A DNA stretch of 58,846 bases, counting the filler, from Sphacelaria rigidula (taxonomy: Eukaryota): the NCBI GenBank assembly GCA_964200075.2. It is 10 parts of 10 records of this genome, joined end to end, with 100 filler letters (N's around TTAATTAATTAA, not from the genome) between each part and the next. Parts side by side here need not be neighbours in the genome. Positions count along the whole stretch, not along the records: positions 1 to 5,796 come from CAXNAA020024408.1; positions 5,897 to 11,691 come from CAXNAA020024409.1; 8 more parts are not named here. One strand, 5' to 3'. Positions 1 through 11,573 of this stretch are shown in pieces. Within the stretch, counting starts at the first letter, position 1. Each line of letters begins with the position of its first letter. The position numbers were made by a program, and so were the translations under genes. The notes beneath the pieces were generated by a model. It did no database searches. It worked only from the letters and a program-made list of their open reading frames with translations, and had not been told where the DNA came from.

Positions 1-593
1 CGGGCAATCAGGCAAAAGAAATCTTGAATTTGGTGATTTTGAGTCGTGATGATTTGTCCTAACCGTGGAAAACTTGCATCCCGGATCGGAAGGTCAGAGC
101 AGAAGAGGTATGTTGAAGGGTACATTCACGAAATAGAGCGTCATTCAATCATGCTTTGGACTTCATGCAGCATAAACTAGCTGTTGGGTGTGTTTGACGA
201 CTGAAGAGTGGGTTCTTTTAGAGTTAACATCGCAGGTTAGGTGGGCAAGTACGATTGAAGAGATGGAGGGACACAGAGGTGAAGACCGGAAGATTTTCTC
301 TCTTTACTACCGCGAGTCCCTCTCTCATTTTACGGTCCTTAGTTTCTGGTTTGAAGACTGGTTTTGGTTACTTTTCGTGGTATTATAGTGCAACGACATC
401 GGGGCGTCACCAGAAATATACTGTACTCCAAAGAAGAATCAAAAATCCTATTTTCGCATCTTGGCATATCAGTGCCCGCATCTCTCTTGGATTGTGTTTG
501 GACAAGACGTCTGACCTTCATAAAATCAGTTGAACCTATATTTGGGAATAGAGCGAAGACTTCTACCCTGACAGTGGCGATCGACGGTATCCT

Positions 594-3500
594 GTGGAGG
601 AGGCTCAGCACGGTCTGCGCAGCACAGTTCTTCAGTTCGACACTCCAATTACCGACATGTCCGGTAGGGGCGACCGCTCCGTCTGTGATGTGGCAGTTAC
701 AAGCAAGGTCCGAACAAGGTCACAACGCAGGGCAGCAGATGAAATGTCACGTGATACAAACTTGACTGTCGTGGCCGGTTCGAACGTGTCGGATATACCA
801 GATACAAGAGAAGGATGTATTGAGGAGTCAATTGAAAGCGCGTCGGACTGAGAACCGAGGCTTGCAACAAATTCAGGGATAAACACTGGGGGGGATAGAA
901 GCATTACCGAGAAACTTTCGGCACTTCGCCCTCATCGGGAAAATGACAGGACAGGCGTAGAGAGTAATTCGTTAACAGATGAGGAAAATAACTCGTGTCG
1001 CGTACCAGATGTAGAATCAGTGTTTACCCTCGAAGCGGGTCGAAGCCCCACCGATAAAACAACGTCGGCGCTTCACGCCCCCAACACAGACGACATGAAA
1101 TGTGTTGAGAGCCTTACTGTAACAGAGGCGGGTATTCGCATTACAAGTGTTGTCGACAGAGATGGACAAAAGCGGACCGTAGAAACGCCGTGTGTCCCAA
1201 CCTCTGTTGAACCGGACAGTAATATGCCCACTGTGCCACGCCACAATATTGAAACTTCACAACTGCCCAGTGCTGTGAATGACACGCTGGTGGGTAGTAA
1301 TGTGAAGGCGCCCCCCGGTGAAAATGAAATGCTTACTGGTGTTGGAGTTGAATCACCCGGTGATGTGAAAAATATGCTCGCTGGTAGCAATTTTGCAGTC
1401 ACCCACGAACACGGATGACATGGTTGTGGGGGACCAGGCAAAATTTGGTGGCGATGCAGAAATGATAGAAGGTACCCAGGTGCCACTGTCAAAATTTCAT
1501 GATAAACAGAATGGAGACGACGAGCAGAACAGCGAAACATGTTCAGACTCGAGGGAATCTCAGGGTGACTCAGTGGCCCACCTTCACACGTCAAGGGTAG
1601 AACAAGGTGGTCGAAAATTGACTGCATCGGGAGTAGTTCAACAGATTGTGATACTCCACAAAACGGAGTCGCAACTACGATCGATCCTGTCTGACATTGA
1701 GAGTAGCGATGGTAGCATTGCACGTTCAAGTCAAGAACCGAGGAAATTTATTGGAACGCAGGGGGCAGATGCTGGTTCAGTAAAAGCAGAACAAACGAAC
1801 TGGACAGATCAAGGTTGTCAGTCTGTTGGTTGTTTTTCGTTGCCCCCACAACACCGTGAATTGTCACCAGAACCGTTAATGACCATGTGCGCTACCTCCG
1901 TTGATGGTAATGTACATGCCTCTGCAGACACTGATGCTTGCACGATCGTTGACGGCAAATTGCCGAACTCGTCGGTGGTCGGATTGCCGGGAGTGATTGT
2001 TCCAAGCACCACGCGCCCCGAGGAGGCTCGTTCCACCAACCCAGCAAACACGATGACTACTTCGGCTGCGACGGCCATAGAGGTAACGAAACCGTGTATG
2101 GTGGTGGCAAATGAGTGTGCACTTTTTGAAAACACCTTTGCAAGGGTTGACAAACCTCGCGCAGTAGTGTTTGATGTGGTGGAACATGTCCGCCAACTAT
2201 TGGACTCTTTGTCGCATGCGGATAGATGCTGAGTGTTTGGATTTGACGCCCATGATGGAGGTCGCTCATGCAAAACGGTCGCTGCGCCGGGGGGGGGGTT
2301 ATACCCCCATTCCGTCGGTTCTGACGAGGCTCATGTTGGCTGATGAAGAAAACAGAGAGGGTAAATCCATCCTCGGCACAGCGGCTGCTGTAGCTAGAGT
2401 TGAAAAAGGGCACGTGACTTGCGTTGAGCGGTCAAATCCTGCAAGTAGTCCTCCCTAGACGGTCAGGACACGGACGGAGACGAGACCCTCGCTCGGGTGT
2501 TGCATAATGCCGAACTCCGTGCGGTGGCTTGTAGGAGCGGACAGTTAGCAGCGACAATAAAGAAAGATGAAGCCCTGGCTAAATGGCTTTCTGAAATTCC
2601 AGCTGTTGAGACGGCTCGGGTAGCTAACCCCGCCAAGCCTGTCCCAGTAACTAAACAGGAGGCTGACAGAGAGGGGCAGTTGGTAGGAAAGACATGGCGG
2701 TCATATGCGCAGGCAATGAAGTCAACCCCCGCTGCAGCCAGCGAACCAACTTCTGTGTCTTTGCCTCCAATGTTTGCGTTCCCCGAATTGCTGTCTCATA
2801 CCGCAAGACGCGAGTTACGTGCGGGCGGATACGAATTTCGTGCGGCTAGAGGTGGCGGGAGAACTGGTGGGGGTCGGAAGGATCTTTATCACGGGGCCGC
2901 CGAGGTCAAAGTCGGGCGCACCCTTGTGGGAGTGGCTTTTATAAAACGACAAGGTACGACTCGGAAAAAGCTGGTGTCATGGGTTTGTGAGGTAATCTTT
3001 ACGGTGGAACCGAGAATCACTTTTGCAACCTATCCATCCGAGCTGAGACTGTTAGTGGCGAACGTGCAAAGTATTGGTCGAGAGATGGCCCCGGGAAATG
3101 GCTCCATCCAATCAGCGGTGGAAAATGGCATTGATGATCAATTTCCCAATATTAGTGCACAGGCTTTTGCGGGCAGACACCATCAATCTCTCCCCTCGAA
3201 TGATGTTGAGCAAATGATGAACGCTCTTCGAGACTTTGACACAAATACCTCGGTGGCTGTAGCATCTAAGCGCTTCGGCACAGGTAGTGTCGGTGGTGTA
3301 ACAACCAGGGCCAGACACTTTGCCAAAGCGTTGCATAGCAAAAGTTTTGGGGGAGTCATGGGTATTGACGAGGTGAACCAAGAGGAAGACACAGAAATGC
3401 AGCATGTAAACTCCGTCGGTTAGAAAAATAACCACCGTTTCGGGAAAAAGGGTAGAGGTCCCCCCTTTTACGAACCATTTCACTCTCGTGAAGCAACAGA

Positions 3501-5796
3501 CGCAGCGTGGTGTAAAGCATTCGGTCCTTTCTGTTTGAATTGCGGTAGCTCGGAACACCTTCTGGCCCGAGACTGTCCGCAATAATTTATGAACAAATCA
3601 GGCATTATTCGCCATGAAATCGGGGAAGGGTTCCCACAAGAAATTTCTGAAAAATGGCGATGATGGCAGCACCGCCTGTGTGCGTACCATCGTAGTAGAA
3701 ACAAAGCTTGAAGGTGCAACGATGAAACTCGGGCCAGTTCATCGATAGTACTTCCGCCCGTATTAAGTATTGGAGGACCTGACCCTCTCGCAAAAACTGC
3801 GAATACTAATGTCGACACTGGGTCTAGTCCGCTCAGTTCAACTGGCTCGTCCTTGCGCGGGAAGACTACTAGTTGGGGCGACGAGGGAAAAACGTTCCCA
3901 CCGGGTAAGAATTGTGGTGCCGATGGAACACTGAAATCCAACGTAAGGACTGATCATCCGAGGGAAGGAAATTCGAAGGTTGGAAAGACATCACAATCCT
4001 GTACAGATCAGAGTGTCAGCCAGTCTGTAGGCACTTCAATGCAGACGGGTACAAGAGGGGCCTTAGCGTGGAAATCTTGTGAGACATTTCAGTCTGGCCG
4101 TCGGAATAGTGCATCGGCTGGGGGTCGCTCCCCTAGTTGCGCACAAATTCTAAGCGATATTTTATGTGAAAGTAAAACATCGAGTGCAAAGGCAGGCGAC
4201 CGAGATGAATCATTCGAACCGTCGGTTGTAGCTCGGGTTTTGGATGGACCCGATGCGATTGTACAGTCGCAGAGTAAAAAGCACCCAGTTGAAACAGTAG
4301 GCATCCAGGGTGAGGCAAGTGAACCGCGTGATCGAGTTAGCACTGAACGTAGCCCTCGATACCCATTTGGACCGGGGAACGCACGCAGAGATCGTCACGC
4401 CGTATGTTCTACCGCGCGAGACAAAACGATCCGCATCGGCAGGAACAACAGTAATAGTAGGAACCTGGTTGGCCGAAGTGACATTACTCCCGCTGAAACT
4501 AAATCTTCGACGACTCACGGCAAGTCTGCCCGCAGCAGCCGGAATAATAGTAATGCTCCGGTACGGGAACAAGCGAATTGTCCCGCCGAGATTTCCACTG
4601 GGCATGAAGAGATAAAGAGCACCAGTTCGACAATCAGTAGCATTGAGGTGGGTGAAGGTGAAATTTTTCCGACCAGAGATCACGATGTTCGTAGCTCAAC
4701 AGCTCACGACAGTCGGGGCAACAGTAATGAGAATCAGGGGGGATCGAGCTTGGCTGGTCCTACTCTCGATCTGGCAACCGTACACGAAAGTGGATCGTCT
4801 GGCAACGGTAACGATGTGCAGGCATGCATGACTGTTGATTTCCCCGATAGAGCCGTTCGAGAATCCAAGGATATTTCACGACAAACGAATCGTGATGAAT
4901 CTTCGTGCTACATAGTGCGTGGGGTAGGTGTAGAAAAAGGTGACAAACCAAGGGTGACCCCAGCAGAAAGTATTTATGCGTTGGACCCCAGAACTGGCAG
5001 TCGTTTGCCTACCGGACCAGTCTCCGCCCGCGTAGCAGTGACAATATCTAGTCAGGTAGCGCGAGGAAAGAAAGGTCGTTACTTGGAAGAAATTAACCAA
5101 GTAATGGGAGGGGAAGTGAGTTTGAACCGCAAAGAAAGTTCGACTTGGGCGCAAATATTTTCTGGCCCAAAGGCAACTAGAACATTGGAGGTAAAGGCTT
5201 TGGTGGACACAGGGAGCCCGGCGACGTTTATTCTTAACTCAATATGGAAGAAGATGGTTGACGTTGGAGCAGCCTCCATTAAAGGCGTCCGAGAGATAGA
5301 CCCGGTATCCTGGGGTGGTTTAAATGGTGTCCCGCTGTGTACCTCTTCACAGGTGCGGTTGAATATGAGACTGTGGCCTAGAAGACCCAACCCACGAATG
5401 TCAGTTCAGAACGGACGAGCATGTATAGCTATTTACGCCCATGTTGTACCTGACGGAACAATGAATTACGACATTCTAGCAGGACGTGATGGCCTCGGAT
5501 TATTTCCGGTCAGAACGTATCGTGATGTAAACCGACGCGAAGCAGCCATGACCTTGCAAGGAAACAACACTGACTCTGTTGATCGTGCGTTTGCGGAACA
5601 AGTCCGCACGGCTGTTGGTTTTGTGGAGCAGAAATCGGCAACAGCTCAAGTTATGGTAGTATACAGTGGGTCTCATGATATGATACGACCGGATACATTG
5701 TCATGGATTCCGGTAAAACTATGTAACATGGACGGAACGCCCAGCGGAAGTGGCTGATATTATGTATCTCTGGATCCAGATTGGTCCCCACATGAT
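594..5796 (+). mobile_element. Degenerate Ty3/gypsy-like LTR retrotransposon, gag-protease region (truncated by contig end)
   Basis: Chain of + ORFs. ORFs 2497..3423 and 3853..5757 share one frame broken only by stops at 3421, 3583, 3661 and 3709. Zinc knuckle CLNCGSSEHLLARDC at 3532-3576; retropepsin motifs ALVDTGSPATFI (~5197-5232) and DILAGRD (~5470-5490). RT/IN not in the contig, so the superfamily is inferred. Confidence 0.75.
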
Positions 5797-5896
5797 NNNN
5801 NNNNNNNNNNNNNNNNNNNNNNNNNNNNNNNNNNNNNNNNTTAATTAATTAANNNNNNNNNNNNNNNNNNNNNNNNNNNNNNNNNNNNNNNNNNNN
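5797..5896. other. Artificial contig spacer (N44-TTAATTAATTAA-N44)
   Basis: Identical 100-bp spacers also at 11692-11791, 17587-17686, 23482-23581, 29377-29476, 35271-35370, 41165-41264, 47059-47158 and 52953-53052. TTAATTAATTAA gives stops in all six frames; contig lengths fall monotonically from 5796 to 5794. Confidence 0.98.
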
Positions 5897-5966
5897 TGTT
5901 TTTTTTCTTTTTTTTCGCGGGTTTTTTTTTTCGGTGCTTTTGTTTTTCGGGGGTGTTGTGGGGGGT

Positions 5967-6015
<49 letters not shown>

Positions 6016-6249
6016 GGGATACGAGCACTACAGTATGCCAAAATTGGGATATCTTGTGTCTGATACACGTTCACGACCAGCTGTGGGCGTTTTCTTCACA
6101 CTTTTTGTTCTTCTTCCGCCAAGTCTCCGCGAAGGGCGGCCATGAGCTGTGAAATCTGTTTCCATGTGACATCAGACTCGAAAAATCTACCAACTTTCTT
6201 GCGTGTCTATCAGCTGGGCTGGCCAAGGCCACGTCGCCGCAGGTCACAG

Positions 6250-6428
6250 GCCATGCGCAGCGCAATTTCCCGAAGTTAGAGGTGAAATTTTAACACGAGA
6301 AAAAACAACACATAAACCCTATCCCCGGCTGGGATCAGCCATGCGCAGCGCAATTTCCCGAATTTAGAGGTGAAATTTCAACACGAGAAAAAACAACACA
6401 TAAACCCTATCCCCGGCTGGAATCAGCC
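6250..6428. repeat. 88-bp tandem duplication
   Basis: 6250-6337 and 6338-6425 are near-identical (gccatgcgcagcgcaatttcccgaa...ccctatccccggctgg). Confidence 0.9.
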
Positions 6429-6586
6429 TCTTGTGTTTTTTTTTCCACCCCAACCCCGGACGATGCAGGTTTTAGAGGCTTTTTTTTGTGGCTCCTTCGA
6501 AGCACCGAGATTAATCAAATCAAACGCCAACCATCGGACTCTTCTCTACTCATTTCCCGCCCTCATTGTTTGCGATACTCCCGCAG

Positions 6587-9500
6587 GGCGGCCTCCGTCG
6601 CGACGGCCCTGGGTCGGGAGCGCAACCCGGCCGCCACGGTACACGACCGGCGGAAGAAACTGTCCGAGCGGCAGCAAGAGCTCCGGAGCAAGACAATGGA
6701 GTTCGTCGACTATGCCACGCAGGCCAACAAAGTCATCCAACAAAAGGCGAGAACACGGGGATTGTCTGTCGGCTGTCGTACTTCACAGGGATGTTGTAGA
6801 CCCTTTCTTGGTCCCTTGAGCGTCCAGACCTCATTTCGGAACAACATCACCGGTAGACCCTGAGCGCCGGTAAACACGACGATGAACCTCAGCAACCCCT
6901 CTCTGTTTGCGAGCATTGACCCCCCCTCCCCCATGACAACATACCGAAGTTTTCGGTGTCCCCGACCCCTGACTTGAGTAGCATTGTTCAGCCGAAGCAG
7001 TCATGATCCATGTAAGGGCTGAAGAGCTTGCTTCCTCGGGAATATCACGCTCGGGCGAAGTCTGATAGTTGATGTTGTTATGGGCAGAATATAAGGGGAG
7101 AAAAAATTCAGATGAAAGGGATGCACGTCGCAAATTGTATTGTACGGTTTCTCAAATACTCCCGCCGATCACTTACTCCAGTTCGGGAAAAATGCGTATT
7201 CATAGTGCTATATGAAGGTGTACGCTTAGGAGAGACCCCGATGCCCCGGTCGTCAGCGTGCTGCTTGAGGGAGTTACTCGCGTTTTCTTAGTGTCTGGTA
7301 ATGCTGGCTCCCCGATGGCTTCGCGCACGACCATTTCCGGCTATGGAGGACCCCAATAAAACAAGAGAAAAAATCGAGTGCGGGGGGAATACCTAGATAC
7401 CTGATGACCTGTGGCTTCATTGAGGAAAATGCGTGCAAATAAATATTTCGTCATTTCTAAAAACAACTCGGGTAATGAAGTGGGGCGAAAATCTTCCGAG
7501 AGCGTGGGGTACATGGTGACCGACGTCCCTAGACGAGCGTGAAACCGACTGCGGGGAGATATAGTTTTACACTCGTGACCTCCGGTGTCGTTCAGAAACA
7601 CCCGTGCGGAAAAGAGCTTCTTCGTCTCAGAAAACGGTCCCGAAAAGTGGACTAAACGCGAAATTCTTTCGGTAATGTAGGGTATTCAGTGATCAGGTAT
7701 CCCAAGAAGTCGGTAGAACCAGGCAAACGGAAAAGCACCAAGGCACCAACAACGTCACGCTTCACTTTGAAACATCTGCGGAAGGAATGATCTCCCGACT
7801 CATTCAAACGACGCAGGAATAGAGGGGATAGGAAAATGTTTCGAGAGTGTAGCTCAAACAGGGTTTTGACGATATAATTGCATCCCTTGGGCTGTATGCT
7901 TTAGTACAGTACATATGAGCCAAACCGTCTGATCTAGTCTCGGGGTGTTCGTTAACTTTGTGCGTAAGCTACGAACCGCGCGCTGCCCATACCGCGGATT
8001 AGTGCTGGATGCACACGACTGTAACCGGGGTAAACGAAGTACGGAAACATGCGGCGCATCTACGAGAACGTCGCCCCCACACAGTGGCGAAATTGCGTGT
8101 CGGAGATTCGACCCCCCCCCCCCCTGAATCCTGTGACAATTTGAGACCCTCTATTTCACGCGCCGAGCTCTCCGTCACGGCCTGGCACTGAGAAAGGGAG
8201 CGCGTCGCCGTGTTTCCTAAATGCTAAGGAGCATGTAGGTTGTTGGTTATGGTCCTCTCTTGTGGGCGCGAAGACGTTGGCCGATAAAATTCCCTCCTTG
8301 TTTGACGGATCAGCCTGTAACGACAAGCCTGTAACCCCCGTGTGTACCGTGGTACATGATTCGTCGTTCCCGTCCAAATGATGATTTCTAAACTCTTGTT
8401 TGTTTTCGTCTTTGCTATGCCCTTTGTGGTGGTAATTCGGCGCACTGCAGACAAATGAAACCAATGCCCAGATGCGTCAACTCAAGGACCAGCACGTGAA
8501 AGCCAGGGAAGACTACAAGGTGACATTAAGTGAACAAGTCGGCCTCTGGCGATCGCTGGGAGTGTTGTGACGCTAAACGAAAGCCCGTTAAGGGCTTGGT
8601 CGTGACTGTTGTTGAGCCGAAATTATCCCGAAAATTCTAGATTACTCAAGGCGCTCGCGAAAATACTTTTTCGTCATCATTCAAACTTCAGTTTTTCGTA
8701 CACCATCATTGCAAAGTACTCCATAGCTCACCGTACCACCGGTCTCAACTGACGTTGGAAAATCTCATCTTCAAAAGCTCAGAAGCACAACCTCCATTGA
8801 CTTACAGCCATTTCGCGCTTGTTGTTTTCCTCGATGGGGGTAGGGGGGGGCCTAGAATAGCGCATTCCCTCAAGCCCGTAGATCGTTACTGTAGTTGGAT
8901 TCGGGTGTTGAGCGAGCTATTTGACAAATGAGCTTCGTTCAGAATAGTGTAGCCGCCTCGATCCCTCTGGATAAGACTTTCGTTATCGCTGGGGTACCTA
9001 TTCAGCCGTTGCTCTGGGGGGGCTTCTGCTGCCTGCTGCCTGCGTCATTTCGAAAACTTGCAGCGTTGATGATTGTGGGCTTGTCATCTGAGCCGTTGCT
9101 CCAGGGGCTTTTGTGTATATGGTTGCTGCTGCCTGCGTATTTTTGAAAAATTGTACGAGCTGGGCCAGCCTAGACACGGATTTAAGCTCTCAAAGCAATA
9201 TCTCGTCGACACAGACGAGTTGGGCCATCATCCGCATATTGTAATAATCGTCTAACCAAGGGGAAGGTGCTCATATGCTCAAAATACTTGGACCCATATT
9301 TTCTCGTTGATTAAACCCCATGTATAGTAATTCCTATACCTGAGGGAGATATCATCCATACTAAGATCTCTATGAAACCCCCGATCGATGCATTCAGCGG
9401 ATGACGACGATTTTTGGTGTGGACATTCGCTGGAGCACGGGGAGACGATAGATACCCTCACCTTCACCTAATTCGTAATCTATCTCGAGATATGGCGCAC

Positions 9501-10930
9501 ATAAGTTTCCATACTAAAATAAGTATATCACGAGCAGATGCGCTAGATTAGCTGAACCTTGATATCGCGTCTCAGTTTTCGAGAGTTATGCTATTAAATT
9601 TCGTTTGGAGAACCGCTAGTGCATAATAAACCTTATAAACACAGCTGTTTCAATTTTTTCGTTTTTTCTTCATTTTTTTCGGGGTTTTGAGGCAGCCCTG
9701 AGGAGAAATGAACACTGCGTTTGGTCCTTATCTCAATTTTTAGAAATGTAATTTTAAACTCAGCATGGAGGACCACAGAAGTATGCACAAAATAAAATAA
9801 AAAATGAGCCTTATTTATTTTATTTTATTTCAAGAGGTTCAGGCGTTCTCGTGAAAAAATGGTGTTCACCAGACCCTACCTCTCTAAATCAATGGAGAAA
9901 AAAGACGATCTCACCTACTTTGTTTTGTTGATGATGCCCTAGCCACGCCCCACACAAAGATTCAATACACAAACGTCAAACGTGGACCGGTAAATGGCCT
10001 GTAAACTACTGTTCCGAATTTCTTCTGACCCCGTCTCTAAACGGCCCATTATACGGCCAATACCTGGAGTTGGATCCTGAAATTTGGTGTGGACAATGAG
10101 TTGCGCAAAACGAAAAAATTACCAGTGCACATAAGTTTTTTTTTTTTTTACATTAGTTACGGGCAATAATCAGTGTTCAGGTATCGGTAAAATGCCCCTA
10201 ACTCATGAGAAAAAAAAAACCTTGTGTGCGCCAGTATTGTTTTTTATTATGCCCTACTCATTGTCCATACCAAAGTTCAGGGTCCAACTCTAAGTACTGA
10301 CCGTATAATGGGCCTGCAAACTGCAGAATCGCTTCTCGGCTGGCCCAGCTCGTGGCACTGATCATTATTGTGCGCTTGTCATTACCTAACTGTGTTTTCA
10401 TTATATTCGTCATGATCTATCAACACCAAATGACTGTTGATCATGCAGGCATGATCGATATGGGCGATACCTGAGATGTTGTGTGTTATGGTAGATCATA
10501 CGAACCCCGACATAGAAGTCATCGTATAGTATGACCGGAAGCGAATATATGATATTACGACGAGATATCATGTAGTCCTATGACGTAATGGTCTACTTGA
10601 TGTGCGGATGATGAGCTGTATCCTCCCGCAATATTTCCATTATCCCTCATGTGTTGCACAATCCCGCAATCGTTTCAGTGTATTTGTCGCGCAGGACGAC
10701 CTGACTCTTTTCCTGCTTTTCATCGGGCAAGTTTTGTTTTCATCGTATCCGTTCGTTTATTACCCGAGCAGCCTAGCTGCCTGTCATCATTATCCTGCGT
10801 GTGGTGACATATTCTCCTGCATTTGCTCATCTTGTGTCCCGTCTCACAGGACGAGCTGACTCGCCAGCGAGACGTGGACAAAATGAAGCTCAACCGGCTC
10901 GAGAAGGAGAAACAACTCCAAATGGAGGAG
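6587..10930 (+). CDS. Partial multi-exon gene, coiled-coil protein of unknown function
   Basis: Exons 6587-6746, 8451-8519 and 10850-10930, each preceded by a YAG acceptor. They splice in frame to AASVATALGRERNPAATVHDRRKKLSERQQELRSKTMEFVDYATQANKVIQQK/TNETNAQMRQLKDQHVKAREDYK/DELTRQRDVDKMKLNRLEKEKQLQMEE. First donor is AAG|GCGAGA (GC), the others GT. Confidence 0.65.
7370..7722. repeat. Degenerate ~174-bp tandem repeat (about 2 units), intronic
   Basis: Minus-strand translation repeats FSETKKLFSARVFLNDTGGHECKTISPRSRF / FLEMTKYLFARIFLNEATGHQVSRYSPRTRF and TEYPTLPKEFR / TMYPTLSEDFR. Confidence 0.55.
9154..10354. mobile_element. 1.2-kb non-autonomous TIR element, copy 1, with subterminal hairpin (10043-10314)
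   Basis: Ends tacgagctgggccagcc ... ggctggcccagctcgtg; colinear homologue at 22033-23241; lies in an intron of the coiled-coil gene. Confidence 0.85.
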
Positions 10931-11329
10931 GTGCGCTTGAGTCGTTTATCCACCGTTTATTGAGCCCACGTCTGTGACCACGGGTTAGAGATACCGAGTT
11001 GATGTGCGAAAATAATAACAACGACGATGATGATGTGCCCGGCGCATAGGATGATGAGACAAGAAAGTACGAGCAATCGCTTTTTTCATCTCGCTGATGG
11101 TTGATGCTGCCTTCATGTCCCAATCATTTTGCTGTCATTCTGTGCTTTACTGGTGGGGGGGGCGGGTTTCACCCTTTCAATTTTTCCACCTCCCCATGAT
11201 TTTCATATACGACTCATGGTCCCGAAAAAAGCAGATTGGAAGAGGACACAAGAGTCATTTTTCATCACTGCATGTTATTTCTTTTTCATGACTTGAACAA
11301 ACGAAGAGCAGTGGACCGATTTTCGTGCA

Positions 11330-11573
11330 TGTGCGTGTGTGTCGTCATCCCCATCTATTCTGGACGCCAGTTTTACACCATTCGGTGTTTGTGGGCGCAT
11401 GAGCCGGGGTCGGGGTCGCGCAGGAAGGTCACGACAGGATTTTCCAGTTTTTTTCATTTTGTTTCAGTGGTCAACCTTGCTTCTGCGGTGCTTGCCTTAC
11501 TCGTTTATCGCGAGAAGGGTTCAGCGGTCCTCTTCCCTCGCCGATCATGTAGTCGAACTTTGTGTATCCACGA
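11330..11573 (-). mobile_element. SINE family 1, 5'-truncated copy
   Basis: Homologous to the body of 25587-25933 (gtcatcc..atctattctggacgc...tgtgggcgca...cgcgagaagggttcagc...ttgtgtat). Confidence 0.75.

Noticed and set aside
5841..5852. TTAATTAATTAA palindrome recurring every ~5.9 kb
   Set aside because: Artificial concatenation spacer; the periodicity reflects size-sorted contigs.
5945..6015. Long poly-G tract (G-quadruplex or poly-Gly/Pro ORFs)
   Set aside because: At a contig edge with low-quality-looking sequence; probably a sequencing artefact.
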